A stretch of DNA of 64,000 nucleotides, from positions 13,062 to 77,061 of the forward strand of contig JANOQV010000067.1 in assembly GCA_031414955.1 (NCBI GenBank). The letters run 5' to 3'. Source of the DNA: Pedosphaera sp. (lineage in GTDB: Bacteria; Verrucomicrobiota; Verrucomicrobiia; Limisphaerales; SIBH01). This document shows, piece by piece, positions 18,139 to 28,656 of the stretch. The translations under genes were made by a program, and so were the position numbers. The notes beneath the pieces are model-generated. The model was given only the letters and a program-made list of their open reading frames with translations, was not told where the DNA came from and did no database searches. Each line of letters starts with the position of its first letter. The first letter of the stretch is position 1.

Positions 18139-21100
18139 ATGAATCGGTCGTCGCTCAACGTGCTCGTGCTGTTTCTCACGGCGCTCTCGCTCCTCACCGC
18201 CTGCCGCGAGAAGAAGGCGGCGGCGACCGGCGACGAGTTCCTCCGCTTGAGCAACGTGGGCAAGGCCCAGCTCGACCGAGGGGAGGGCGCGCCGGCGTTG
18301 GCCACCTTCGAGAAGGCGCTGGCCCTCCAGCCCGATCATCCCGACGCGAAGTTGAACCTCGCCAACGCCCTCCTGCTCACGGACCAGCCGGAGCGCGCCC
18401 GGCAACTGGCCACGGCGGTGCTGGAGGCGGAGCGCAGTTCGGCGACGGCGCTTTACGTGGCGGGCGTGGCGTCGTTGCGCCTGCGCGACCACACCAACGC
18501 CATCCAGTTCCTCCAGCAGGCGCGCGACCTCGACGTCCGCGTGAACGCCGTGAGCCTGCAACTGGGCCTGGCCTACGAGGGGCTGGGGAAGTTCGAGGAG
18601 GCGCTGGCGTTGTATGAGGAGTTGGCGCAGTTCGACGCGGAGTTTCCCGGCATTCACTTCCGCCTCGCCACGGTTTATCGCCGGCTCAATCGCGAAGCCG
18701 ACGCCCAGACCCAGACCACCGCGCACACTGCCTGGATGGCGAAGAACCCCGGCGCGAATCTCACGCCCGTCGGACTGGAGCGTTGCAAATACACCGAGGC
18801 GCGCGTGCCCTTCCAACTGGAGCAGCCCGAGCGCGAGGGCGTGAAGGTGGTCTTCACCGACGCGACGGCGCAGGTCTTCCCGGATGTGAACGGCGCGTCA
18901 TTCACCGGCCCGGTGGGCACGATCGACTTCGCGCGCGATGGCACGAATCATTTGCTCGTGCGGCAGGGTGACAGCTTTCGCCTGTTGCGGAATGCAGGCG
19001 GGAAGTTCATCACCACGGAGCAGAGCTGGCCTTTCACCAATGGCGGCACCTACTCGCGCTGGCTCGTCGCCGACTTGAACAAGGACGCCATCCCCGACGC
19101 GCTGGTGCTCGGCGACCGTGGCGTGCATCTCTATCGCTTCACCACCAACGGCACCGCCACCGAAACGACGCGCTTCGCCGGCCTGCAAGACTTCGCCGCC
19201 GTCGATGGCCTCTTCGCCGACCTGAACTTCCGCGGCGATCTCGACCTCGTGACCGTGGACACGAACGGCGCGCTCCGCGTGATGAGCAACCTCCAGAACA
19301 TGTATTTCGTCGATACGAGCACGAACGTGCCGGTGATGACCAAGGTGAATCAGCTCGCGACCGATGATTGGAACAACGACGAGACGGGGGATTTGTTTGT
19401 GTCGAGCGCAGGCGCTGGGGTGAGTTTGCTGCTCAAGCAGCGCGGCGGCGCGTGGTCGAATGACGTGTCGGTAGGGCGCGGTGTCCCCACCGCGCCGGGC
19501 GAGGGTGCCATCGCAGTCAGCGACTTGAACAATGACCTGCGCCCTGACCTGATCACCGTGCGTGACGGACTTATGGAACTCACCTTCAACGGCACCACCA
19601 ACCGCGCGGTCATCGCTCTCGGCGGCTTTCAGCCCAGCCAGTTGAAACTCATCGACTACGACAACGACGGCTGGCTGGACATTGTCGGGCTTGGCACCGG
19701 CTTGCGCGTCTTCCGCAACCTCGGCGCGAATGGATTCACTGATGTCACCACCGCACTCGGCCTCGACAAACTCACCGGCCGCATCGACTCCTTCGTCGCG
19801 GCCGACTTTGACGGTGACTGCGACACGGATTTTGTCGTCAGCCTCATCGGCGGCGGCCTGCACTTTCTGCGCAACGACGGCGGGAACAAGAATCACCAAC
19901 TACGGCTTGCCTTGCAGGGCACGCGCTCGAACACCAGCGCGCTGGGCATTCGCGTGGATGTGGTCGCGGGCGGGTTGCGCGTGTCGCGCCGGGTCCAGGA
20001 ACTGCCCGTGGAGATTGGCGTGGGCCAGCACCAGATGCTCGATGCGGTGAACGCGCATTGGTTTGAACTCAGCCCGAGCTACACCGAGATCAATCTCACC
20101 AACTGTGCTCCACTCAGCATCATCGAACTGGCTTTGCCCACTGGCTCATGCCCGTATCTCTACTCGTGGGATGGCGAGGGAATGCGTTTCGTGAGCGACC
20201 TGTTGTGCTCCGCGCCGCTCGGCCTGCCTGTCGCGCCCGGCATCTACATCGAAGCGGACGAGGACGAGATCGTTCATCTCGGGAACGAGCAGAACTTCAA
20301 GCCGAAGATGTCGCGCGAAGGGGCGAAGGGGGCGAAGGAAAGCTACGTGCTGAACATCACTGAGGAGTTGCGCGAGGTGCTTTATTTGGATGAGGCCAAG
20401 CTGCTTGTGGTGGACCATCCGCCCGGCACGGAGGTTCACACCACCGAGAAAATGCTGGCCCGCCGACCGGCCGGCGGGTTCTCCAAGGATGAAATCGTGA
20501 CGCTCAAGAATCGCTGGCCGCTCCGCTCTGCTGTGAACGATGCGGGCTTGGATGTGACGCGGGCCGTCGCTGAGATCGACGAAGTATTCGCCTCGCCCAC
20601 CAAGCTGCGTGAGCCGCAACTGCGCGGTCTGGCCGAACCGCACAGCGTCGCCTTCGCCTTCGGTGCCTTGCCGGCGGATAAGCCGCTCGTGCTCGCGCTC
20701 ACCGGCTGGCTGCGCTTCGGCGGGGGCATGGCCAACATCGCCGCTTCCAGTTACCGCGACTTTCCGTTTCCGTTCCCGGTGTTGGAAGCCGAGGTCAACG
20801 GTCAGTGGCGGAAGTTGGAGGTCGAGGTCGGCGCGCCTTCCGGCCGGGCCAAGACCATCCTCGTCGATCTGGCGGGCATGCTTCCGGCGGGCGCGCAACG
20901 GCTGCGACTGACTGCAGCCTTCGAGATTCACTGGGACCGAATCGCCCTCTTCGAGCGTGCGGGCGAAGGGCAAACCACTGTGACGCGCTTCGCCCCGACG
21001 CAGACCGGCCTGCATCGTCGCGGCTACAGCGAGATGGCGCCGCTGGCCAAGGTAGGGCGCGGTGTCCTCACCGCGCCGGTCTCCGGCGAGATCGATGATG

Positions 21101-21597
21101 CTGGAGCGACCGATGCCCGCGGCGCGGTGAGGACACCGCGCCCTACCATTCTGGGCGCGCCGACGCTCATCATCCCGGATTACGAACGCGTTCAATCGGC
21201 TCCGCTCTGGCGGCTCACGCCCAGCGGTTGGGCCACGCGCTACGGCGAGGTGAACAAACTCATCGCCAGCCGCGACAACTCTCTGGCGCTCATCTGCGCG
21301 GGTGACGAACTCACGCTGGAGTTCCCCGCCAGCCAGCTTCCGCCCAAGCCCGCCGGTCAGGTGCGCGACTTTTTCCTGTTCGTTTCCGGCTGGGACAAGG
21401 ACTCCGACTTCCACGTGGCCAGCGGCACGACCATCGAGCCGCTGCCCTGGCATGGGATGAACGACCAGACGTACGCGACTGCACCGCGGCCTGCCTTCAC
21501 GAACGACGCGTGGATCCAGAAATACAACACGCGCTGGGTGGGGCCGCGCATCCTCTCATCCGGCGCGCGTAACGCCGGCTTTCCAGCCCGCAGGTAA
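18139..21597 (+). CDS. Lipoprotein with TPR, FG-GAP-like repeats and ASPIC/UnbV domain
   Basis: Lipobox LTAC; TPRs; DLNKDAIPD, DYDNDGWLD and DFDGDCDTD repeats; SNTSALG, GSCPYLYSWDG and GWDKDSD. Confidence 0.9.
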   Translation: MNRSSLNVLVLFLTALSLLTACREKKAAATGDEFLRLSNVGKAQLDRGEGAPALATFEKALALQPDHPDAKLNLANALLLTDQPERARQLATAVLEAERSSATALYVAGVASLRLRDHTNAIQFLQQARDLDVRVNAVSLQLGLAYEGLGKFEEALALYEELAQFDAEFPGIHFRLATVYRRLNREADAQTQTTAHTAWMAKNPGANLTPVGLERCKYTEARVPFQLEQPEREGVKVVFTDATAQVFPDVNGASFTGPVGTIDFARDGTNHLLVRQGDSFRLLRNAGGKFITTEQSWPFTNGGTYSRWLVADLNKDAIPDALVLGDRGVHLYRFTTNGTATETTRFAGLQDFAAVDGLFADLNFRGDLDLVTVDTNGALRVMSNLQNMYFVDTSTNVPVMTKVNQLATDDWNNDETGDLFVSSAGAGVSLLLKQRGGAWSNDVSVGRGVPTAPGEGAIAVSDLNNDLRPDLITVRDGLMELTFNGTTNRAVIALGGFQPSQLKLIDYDNDGWLDIVGLGTGLRVFRNLGANGFTDVTTALGLDKLTGRIDSFVAADFDGDCDTDFVVSLIGGGLHFLRNDGGNKNHQLRLALQGTRSNTSALGIRVDVVAGGLRVSRRVQELPVEIGVGQHQMLDAVNAHWFELSPSYTEINLTNCAPLSIIELALPTGSCPYLYSWDGEGMRFVSDLLCSAPLGLPVAPGIYIEADEDEIVHLGNEQNFKPKMSREGAKGAKESYVLNITEELREVLYLDEAKLLVVDHPPGTEVHTTEKMLARRPAGGFSKDEIVTLKNRWPLRSAVNDAGLDVTRAVAEIDEVFASPTKLREPQLRGLAEPHSVAFAFGALPADKPLVLALTGWLRFGGGMANIAASSYRDFPFPFPVLEAEVNGQWRKLEVEVGAPSGRAKTILVDLAGMLPAGAQRLRLTAAFEIHWDRIALFERAGEGQTTVTRFAPTQTGLHRRGYSEMAPLAKVGRGVLTAPVSGEIDDAGATDARGAVRTPRPTILGAPTLIIPDYERVQSAPLWRLTPSGWATRYGEVNKLIASRDNSLALICAGDELTLEFPASQLPPKPAGQVRDFFLFVSGWDKDSDFHVASGTTIEPLPWHGMNDQTYATAPRPAFTNDAWIQKYNTRWVGPRILSSGARNAGFPARR

Positions 21598-21689
21598 AGA
21601 GGTTTTCCAACCTCGTGTTCGCGGGCTTCAGCATCTTCACCGCGAGACTGGAAAGTCTCGCGACCTGCCGCCTGGAAAGCCGGCCCTAC
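21569..21689. repeat. REPIN-like element overlapping the gene stop
   Basis: gtaacgccggctttccagcccgcagg mirrored by cctgccgcctggaaagccggccctac; inner hairpin cgcgagactggaaagtctcgcg. Confidence 0.75.
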
Positions 21690-21738
21690 TTTTTGCTCGG
21701 ACCGTATTTGTCCCACCTCGCGCATTACTCTGGCGCCC

Positions 21739-24700
21739 GTGAATGAGTTGCGAGAGAACAGCGCGGTGCAAATCCGCTTCCTGCTCGGCCCCGCCGGCAC
21801 TGGGAAAACTTTCCGGTGCCTGGCGGAGGTTCGTGCTGAGTTGAAGGGGGATCCGGCCGGCGCGCCGCTGCTCTTCCTTGCTCCCAAGCAGGCCACGTTT
21901 CAAATCGAGCGCCAGTTGCTGGCTGATCCGGAACTGCCGGGATACACCCGGCTGCACATTCTTTCCTTCGAGCGGCTGGCGGATCACATCCTCGACGCCT
22001 TGGGTCGTCCGCCGCCCCGGCTCCTGGATGACGAGGGGCGCGTGATGGTGCTGCGCGCGCTGCTCACCGAGCATCACGCCCGGCTCGAGTTGTTCCGCGC
22101 CAGCGCCCGGCTGCCGGGTTTCGCGCAGCAACTCAGCACGCTCCTGCGCGAGTTGCAGCGGGCCCGTCTGGGCCCGGACGCGGTGGCGGTCGCGGCCCGC
22201 GGACTGGGGGAGACGCCGCTGGCCCGCAAGCTCCGCGACGTGGCGCTGATTTTCCGCGAATACCTTGCCTGGCTGGACCGCGAAAAACTGGAGGACGCGG
22301 ACCGTCTGCTTGAGCTGGCGGCCCGAGCCTTGGAGGAGCAGGGGGCGAGGTCTGGCCCCAAGGCGTTGTTCGGCGGCCTGTGGCTGGACGGCTTCGCGGA
22401 AATGACCGAGCAGGAACTGTCGTTGCTGCGCCAGGTGCTGCCGTGGACAGCCGGCGCCACGCTGGCTTTCTGTTGCGAGCCGGAGGCGCTCGCTCCCCGG
22501 GAAGAGTTTTCCCCGTGGTCGGTCATTGCCCAGACCGCGCGCCGGTGTCTGCATGCCCTGGAGCCGCTCGTTCCGAACCTGAGGCCCGAAGCCTTGCCCC
22601 GCGCCGCGCCGCACCATCGCTTTTCGGAGTCATCGGAGCTGGCGCACCTGGAACGGCACTGGACCTCAGCCACACCCCGGGCTGGTGCAACAAAACCGGA
22701 GTCCGTGCGCGTGGTCCGCGCGGCCACGCCGGAGGAGGAAGTCGTTTTTGCGGCGCGGGAGATTCTGCGCCATGTCCAGGCCGGCGGACGCTACCGGGAG
22801 ACCGCCGTGCTGGTGCGCCGGTTGCAGGCTTATCAGGACATTCTGCGCCGCGTGTTCACGCGTTACGGCATCCCGCACTTCATCGACCAGCGTGAGTCCA
22901 TCGCACATCACCCGCTGGCCGAGTTGACGCGCTACGCCGTGCGCACGCTCGCGTTTGGGTGGAAGCAGGAGGACTGGTTCGGCCTGCTCAAGAGTGGTCT
23001 CGTCGGCGTGCCGGACCTGGAAATCGACTGGCTGGAAAACGAGGCGCTGGCCCGGGGCTGGGAAGGCCACGCCTGGCTGGAGCCCATCCGGCTGGAGAAC
23101 GATCCGTCGCTCGGCGAGCGATTGGAATCGTTGCGTCGGCAGGCGATTGGTCCGGTGCGCGCATTTCACTTCTCCCTGACCGGGGACGGCGGCAGCCACC
23201 GGTCCAACGGAACGGAACTGGCGGCTGCGCTTCGCCGGTTGTGGCAGGCGTATCGAGTCAGCGATCAACTCGACGAGTGGGCCCGCGAGTCCAGCGGCAG
23301 CGCCATTCACGCCACGGTTTGGGAACAGATGGAACGCTGGCTGCAAACCATCGCGCTCGGCTTTGCCCGTCAACCACTGCCGTTGCGCGAGTGGCTGCCC
23401 ATCATTGAAGCCGGGCTGGCTGGCCTGACCGTCGGCGTCATTCCGCCGGTGCTCGATGAGGTGCTGGTCGGCAGCATCGACCGCTCACGCAATCCCGATT
23501 TGCAACTCGCCCTGGTGCTCGGCGTGAACGAGGGCGTGTTCCCGGCGCCGCCCGCCGAGCCGGTTCTGCTGACCGAGATGGAGCGCGCGCAAATCGAAGG
23601 CCCGCTCCGGCTCGGGGGTGGCGTGCGCCAGCAACTCGCCCACGAGCGATTCTACGGTTACATCGCCTTCACCCGTGCGCGGCGGAAGCTGGTCGTCCTG
23701 TTCAGCGACGCGGACCGGCTGGGGCGCAAACACAACCCATCCGTCTTTGTCGCGCATTTGCAGCGCCTCTTTCCGGCGCTGGCGGTTGAATCCGCCGCTG
23801 AGGATCAGGAGCCGTTGCACCTGAGTGAATGGACGGTGCCGCTGCTGCGCGCTGACGCGGCCGGCGATCCGGCGGCCGGCACCTGGCTGGCCGCCCCGGC
23901 CTTCGCCCCGGTCCGGGCCCTGGCCGAGAGGCTGCGCGCACGCGGGCGCGATCAATTGTCCCCGCCCGTCGTGGCCCGGCTGTATCCGGCCCGGCTCCTC
24001 ACCTCCGTCAGCCGCCTGGAGGAGTTTGCCGCCTGCCGGTTCCGCTTCTTTGTCAAAGTCGGCTTGCGCGCCCGGGAACGCCTGCGCTACGAGGTGGATG
24101 TGCGCCACCGGGGAACTTTTCAGCACGAGGTGCTCAAGGCCTTTCACGAAGCGGTGATGGTGCGGCCCGGAAGCTGGAGAAAAATCGAACCCGGCCCGGC
24201 CCGGATACTGATCCGCGACCTCGCCGTGGAGATGCAGCCGAAGTTCAACGACGGCGTGCTCGTCGCCACCGAGCGCGACCGGGTCGAGAGCGGGAATTTG
24301 ATTTCGGCGCTCGAAGATTTCATCGAGACGATCATCGGCTGGATGCGGTCATACGAATTCGAACCGCGCGCGGTCGAACTGCGCTTCGGGCCGGAAGGGC
24401 CGTTGCCACCGTGGGAGCTGCCGCTGGACGGCGGGCGCACGCTGGCCTTCACCGGCTCGGTGGACCGGGTTGATCTGCTGGTCGATCCGGCCACGCGGCG
24501 CGCGCGGGTGGTGGTGATGGATTACAAGTCCAGTGCGCGTACGGTGGACGAGAGGCAATTGGCGGGCGGCGTGCAGTTGCAACTCTTCGCCTACCTCGCG
24601 GCACTCCGTCGGCTGCCGGAGGCCGCGCGCCACTTCCAAGTGGAGAGCCTCGAGGCGGCGGGCGCATTCTACGTCACGCTGCGGGGCGATTACGACGCGG

Positions 24701-25098
24701 CCGAGGGCCGCGACGAGGCGCTGGCGGAAGCGGCCTCGGCCCGGCGCGCGGCCTACAAGCATCGCGGGCGTTTTCTCGCCGACCTGCTGCCCAGTTTCGA
24801 TTCCACGGCCGGGCCGGGCGGTTCCGGGGATCAGTTCAGTTTCCGCCTGAAGAAAGATGGCGGGATCTATTCCAATTCGACCGACCCGGTCGCGCCTTTG
24901 GAATTCAAAGCCCTGTTGGACGGGGTCGAGCAGCAACTCGTCGCCATGGGCAATGCCATCTTCACGGGCGACATCAGCGTGAATCCCTATCGACATGGCA
25001 GCAAGACGCCGTGCGATTACTGCGACTATGCGGCGGTCTGCCGCATTGACCACTGGACGCATGAGTTTCGCGCCCTGCCGCCATGGAGGAACGAATGA
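21739..25098 (+). CDS. addB: ATP-dependent helicase/nuclease subunit B
   Basis: GPAGTGKT; TSVSRLEEFAAC.FRFF; GSVDRVD..VMDYKS nuclease; C-terminal PCDYCDYAAVC Fe-S cysteines. Confidence 0.9.
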   Translation: MNELRENSAVQIRFLLGPAGTGKTFRCLAEVRAELKGDPAGAPLLFLAPKQATFQIERQLLADPELPGYTRLHILSFERLADHILDALGRPPPRLLDDEGRVMVLRALLTEHHARLELFRASARLPGFAQQLSTLLRELQRARLGPDAVAVAARGLGETPLARKLRDVALIFREYLAWLDREKLEDADRLLELAARALEEQGARSGPKALFGGLWLDGFAEMTEQELSLLRQVLPWTAGATLAFCCEPEALAPREEFSPWSVIAQTARRCLHALEPLVPNLRPEALPRAAPHHRFSESSELAHLERHWTSATPRAGATKPESVRVVRAATPEEEVVFAAREILRHVQAGGRYRETAVLVRRLQAYQDILRRVFTRYGIPHFIDQRESIAHHPLAELTRYAVRTLAFGWKQEDWFGLLKSGLVGVPDLEIDWLENEALARGWEGHAWLEPIRLENDPSLGERLESLRRQAIGPVRAFHFSLTGDGGSHRSNGTELAAALRRLWQAYRVSDQLDEWARESSGSAIHATVWEQMERWLQTIALGFARQPLPLREWLPIIEAGLAGLTVGVIPPVLDEVLVGSIDRSRNPDLQLALVLGVNEGVFPAPPAEPVLLTEMERAQIEGPLRLGGGVRQQLAHERFYGYIAFTRARRKLVVLFSDADRLGRKHNPSVFVAHLQRLFPALAVESAAEDQEPLHLSEWTVPLLRADAAGDPAAGTWLAAPAFAPVRALAERLRARGRDQLSPPVVARLYPARLLTSVSRLEEFAACRFRFFVKVGLRARERLRYEVDVRHRGTFQHEVLKAFHEAVMVRPGSWRKIEPGPARILIRDLAVEMQPKFNDGVLVATERDRVESGNLISALEDFIETIIGWMRSYEFEPRAVELRFGPEGPLPPWELPLDGGRTLAFTGSVDRVDLLVDPATRRARVVVMDYKSSARTVDERQLAGGVQLQLFAYLAALRRLPEAARHFQVESLEAAGAFYVTLRGDYDAAEGRDEALAEAASARRAAYKHRGRFLADLLPSFDSTAGPGGSGDQFSFRLKKDGGIYSNSTDPVAPLEFKALLDGVEQQLVAMGNAIFTGDISVNPYRHGSKTPCDYCDYAAVCRIDHWTHEFRALPPWRNE

Positions 25099-28000
25099 CG
25101 ACGACGGACGCACAACGGCAGGCGGTCGAGGCAGGCGGCAACGTGCTGGTGGCGGCGGGCGCGGGCGCGGGCAAGACCAGCACGCTGGTGGCGCGGGTGC
25201 TGCGGTTGCTGGGCGAAGGCGTTTCGCTGCAAAACATCCTGATGGTGACGTTCACCGAGGCGGCCGCGGCGGAGATGCGGGGGCGAATTCGCAAGGCGTT
25301 AGAAGATGCGCGGAGCGCGGAGTGCGAAACGCGGAAGGACGAAACTGGTTCCGCGTTGGAGGAGCAGATCGCGCTCCTGGACACGGCGCCCATTTCCACG
25401 CTGCACGGCTTCTGCCTGCAACTGGTGCGCCGGAATTTCCACCAGTTGGATCTCGATCCGCAACTCAGCGTGCTCGACGAGGCCCAGGGCGCGGTGCTGC
25501 TGGAGGAGACGCTGGATGAACTGCTGCGCCACCACTACTCGGGCGAAGGCGCGCTGGGCGGAGCCTTGGAGGAATTGATTCTGACCCACGCCGGCGGGCG
25601 CGAGGAGCCGGCGCGCGAACTGGTGCTCAAGATTCATCGTTACACTCAGACCCTGCCCAATCCCGGGGCGTGGCTTGATGCGCAGTTGAGTGTCTTCCGC
25701 GCACGCGAGCCGGGGGCGTGGCGGGTGTGGCTGCTGGAGGCACTGCACCAGTGGCGCGTGGAATGGCCGGGGCGGTTGCGGGCCCAACCGGTGGAAAACA
25801 AATCCGCGCGGGAGATCGCCGGGGTCATCGAGTCGCTCGGCGCGGGTTCGTCGCGCGAGGACTTCGCAACGGTGCTGGAGAAAATTCCGGCGGCCAAAGA
25901 CTTGAAGCCCGCGCAGCGACATCCGGCTGATTTTTTCGAGGAGACCAAATTCCTCCGCGAACTGACCCTGGTTGGCGAGAAGGGCGATCCGCTGGCCCAG
26001 GACTGGGACTGGTCGCGGGCCGGCATGGAGACGCTGCTGCTGCTGGCGCGCGAATTCGCCGCGCGCTTCGCCGCCGCGAAGCGCGAGCAGGCCGCGCTGG
26101 ATTTCAACGATCTCGAACAGTTCGCGCTGCGGCTGCTCTGGGATGGAACTGCGGACGCACCCACCGCGCTGGGCCGCGCGTGCCGCGAGTCGTTCGAGCA
26201 TGTGTTCGTGGACGAGTGCCAGGACATCAACGCCGTTCAGGACGCGATCATTCGCGCCGTGAGCCGCACCGCTCCAGGCAACCGCTTCCTGGTCGGCGAT
26301 GTGAAGCAGAGCATCTACCGCTTCCGCCTCGCCGACCCGCGCATCTTCCAGAATTACACGGCCGTCTGGCGGGATGGGGCGGGGGCGCGGGTCATCGAAC
26401 TAAGCGACAATTTCCGCAGCCGCGAGGCGTTGCTGGATTTCTTCAACGCCGTCTTCGCCGACCTGATGCGGCCCGAAGTCGGGCGTGTGCAGTTTGACGA
26501 GGCGGCCCGATTGCAATTTGGAGCGCGGGAGCAACGGCGGGCACTGTCCTTGTCGGAGAGCCCCGGCCCGCGCGTGCATCTGCATCTGCGGCTGACGGAA
26601 AAGGCAGACGAGCCAGCGTTGGAAGGTGGCGCGGACGTGGCGGAGTTGACCGACGCCGAGCACGAGGCCCGCCTGGTGGCCCATCGACTGCGCGAGTTGC
26701 GTGGACAGGGGCATTTGGTGGCCAAGGCCCAGGGACTGGTGCCGGTGGATTGGGGCGACATGGCGGTGCTGTTGCGCGCACCCGGGGCCAAGGCGGAAAT
26801 TTACGCGCGTGAATTCGCCCGGCAGAATATTCCGCTGGAAGTCGCATCTGGAAATTTCTTCGATGCGCTCGAAGTCGCGGACCTGCTCAACGTGCTCCTG
26901 CTCCTGGACAACCCGCTCCAGGACGTGCCCTTGCTGGCCGTGCTGCATTCACCGCTGGTTGGATTGACGGCGGACGATCTGGCCACGATTCGGCTCGCCC
27001 AGCGCGGTGGTTATTTCTGGACGGCGCTGAACGCCTTCCACGCCGCCGGCCGGGCTGAACCAGCGTGGCCGAAGGTCGAACAATTCCTCGAACGGTTTGC
27101 CCGCTGGCGGAGCATGGGCCGCGATTCCTCCATCGGCCAGCGGCTGGAGACGATCCTGGCCGAAACGCATTATCAGGAATGGCTCGCGGCCTCGGCGGCG
27201 AATCCGCAGCGGGCCGCGCAACGGGAATTCAATGTGCGCCGCCTGCTCACGCTGGCACGGCGCTTCGATCCATTCCAGCGCCAGGGCGTGCCGCGCTTCC
27301 TGCGTTTCGTCGAAGCCCAGCGCGCGGTGGTGGCGCGCGAGCCGCTGGCGGGCAGTGGCCGCGCGGTGCAGTTGTTCAGCATCCACCGCAGCAAGGGCCT
27401 GGAGTATCCCGTCGTGGTGGTGCCGGACCTGGGCAAGCGATTCCACCTCGACGATCTGCGGGCGGATGTTCTGCTCCATGAGCGTTTCGGCCCGTGCCCG
27501 CGCATCAAGCCACCGCACACCGGGCAGCGCTACCCGAGCCTCACGCACTGGCTTTACACCCGCGACGAGCGCCGCGAACTGCTGGGCGAGGAGATGCGTT
27601 TGCTCTACGTGGCGCTGACCCGCGCGCGCGACACGCTGCTCCTCGTGGGCACCGCGACCCGCAAGCGCGCCGGGGACAAGTGGGCCGAAGACAATTCTTC
27701 GCCGGCGAAATTGCTCGCGGCCGGCTCCATGCTGGACTGGCTGGGCCCGTGGTTCACGCGCCGGGCCGGTGCTGGGAACTGGCTCGATCTGCCTGCCGGA
27801 GCGAATGAGCTTTTCTCGTGGCGGGTTTACTCCGGGGAAGAGGCAACGGGATCGGATGCCGCGGGAGAAGCGCCGGCGTCCGCCGCTCCCGCATGGGCAA
27901 ACCTCGCGCGTTCGTCGCCGGGCCTCGTGTGGAAGTATCCTTTTGAATCCGCGACCCGGGAAGCGGCGAAGACGTCCGTATCTGTTCTGCGTCGCAAACT

Positions 28001-28613
28001 GGCCGAAGCGGCTGAGGAGGCGCGCCCTTGGTGGCGCGTCCGGGCGGAGAAGGCGCGCCCGGTCGAGGGACTTTCGGCGGCGGACATCGGTACCGCGCAC
28101 CACACTTTTCTGGAGTTCGCCGACTTGGCCCGGTTGCCCACCGGTGCGGGAGTCGCGGCTGAGGCCGAGCGCCTCGTGGCCGCCGGCGTCCTGTCCGCCG
28201 AGGAGGCCGGGCAATTGAACCGCGCGGCCTTGGCGGGATTCTGGAGTTCGCGCGAGGGAGCGCGCTTGCTTGGCGCCCTGCCGGATTTGCGACGCGAACT
28301 GCCCTTTACCGCGCGTCTGACCACGGCCCGCCTGGTCGAACTGGGTTTGTCCGCAGACCCCTGGTCGTCGGAGGAATTTGTGGTCGTGCAAGGCGTCGTG
28401 GACCTGGCGGTGATTCGCCCCAAGGAAATCTGGATTGTTGATTTCAAGACCGACGACGTGGCCCGGGCCGCCCTCCCGGCCAGGGTCGAACTTTACACGC
28501 CGCAATTGCGCCTTTACGCCGCCTCCCTGGCGCTCATTTACGCGAGACCAGTCACCTGGCTGGCGCTGCACTTCCTGAGTGCGGGTGAGACTTCGCCAAT
28601 TTCCGTGAACTAA
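25095..28613 (+). CDS. addA: ATP-dependent helicase/nuclease subunit A
   Basis: AGAGAGKT, VDECQD, VGDVKQSIYRFR, NFRS, SIHRSKGLEY, LLYVALTRA and GVVDL..IVDFKTD. GGAGG RBS and ATGA overlap with addB. Confidence 0.93.
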   Translation: MTTTDAQRQAVEAGGNVLVAAGAGAGKTSTLVARVLRLLGEGVSLQNILMVTFTEAAAAEMRGRIRKALEDARSAECETRKDETGSALEEQIALLDTAPISTLHGFCLQLVRRNFHQLDLDPQLSVLDEAQGAVLLEETLDELLRHHYSGEGALGGALEELILTHAGGREEPARELVLKIHRYTQTLPNPGAWLDAQLSVFRAREPGAWRVWLLEALHQWRVEWPGRLRAQPVENKSAREIAGVIESLGAGSSREDFATVLEKIPAAKDLKPAQRHPADFFEETKFLRELTLVGEKGDPLAQDWDWSRAGMETLLLLAREFAARFAAAKREQAALDFNDLEQFALRLLWDGTADAPTALGRACRESFEHVFVDECQDINAVQDAIIRAVSRTAPGNRFLVGDVKQSIYRFRLADPRIFQNYTAVWRDGAGARVIELSDNFRSREALLDFFNAVFADLMRPEVGRVQFDEAARLQFGAREQRRALSLSESPGPRVHLHLRLTEKADEPALEGGADVAELTDAEHEARLVAHRLRELRGQGHLVAKAQGLVPVDWGDMAVLLRAPGAKAEIYAREFARQNIPLEVASGNFFDALEVADLLNVLLLLDNPLQDVPLLAVLHSPLVGLTADDLATIRLAQRGGYFWTALNAFHAAGRAEPAWPKVEQFLERFARWRSMGRDSSIGQRLETILAETHYQEWLAASAANPQRAAQREFNVRRLLTLARRFDPFQRQGVPRFLRFVEAQRAVVAREPLAGSGRAVQLFSIHRSKGLEYPVVVVPDLGKRFHLDDLRADVLLHERFGPCPRIKPPHTGQRYPSLTHWLYTRDERRELLGEEMRLLYVALTRARDTLLLVGTATRKRAGDKWAEDNSSPAKLLAAGSMLDWLGPWFTRRAGAGNWLDLPAGANELFSWRVYSGEEATGSDAAGEAPASAAPAWANLARSSPGLVWKYPFESATREAAKTSVSVLRRKLAEAAEEARPWWRVRAEKARPVEGLSAADIGTAHHTFLEFADLARLPTGAGVAAEAERLVAAGVLSAEEAGQLNRAALAGFWSSREGARLLGALPDLRRELPFTARLTTARLVELGLSADPWSSEEFVVVQGVVDLAVIRPKEIWIVDFKTDDVARAALPARVELYTPQLRLYAASLALIYARPVTWLALHFLSAGETSPISVN

Positions 28614-28656
28614 TGTTGAATGCATTCCTCAAAATCCGCGTATAATCCCCACGAAG

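Noticed and set aside
21739..25098. AddB C-terminal nuclease with Fe-S cysteines considered as Cas4 or a defence nuclease
   Set aside because: It is the normal AddB domain, coupled to addA.
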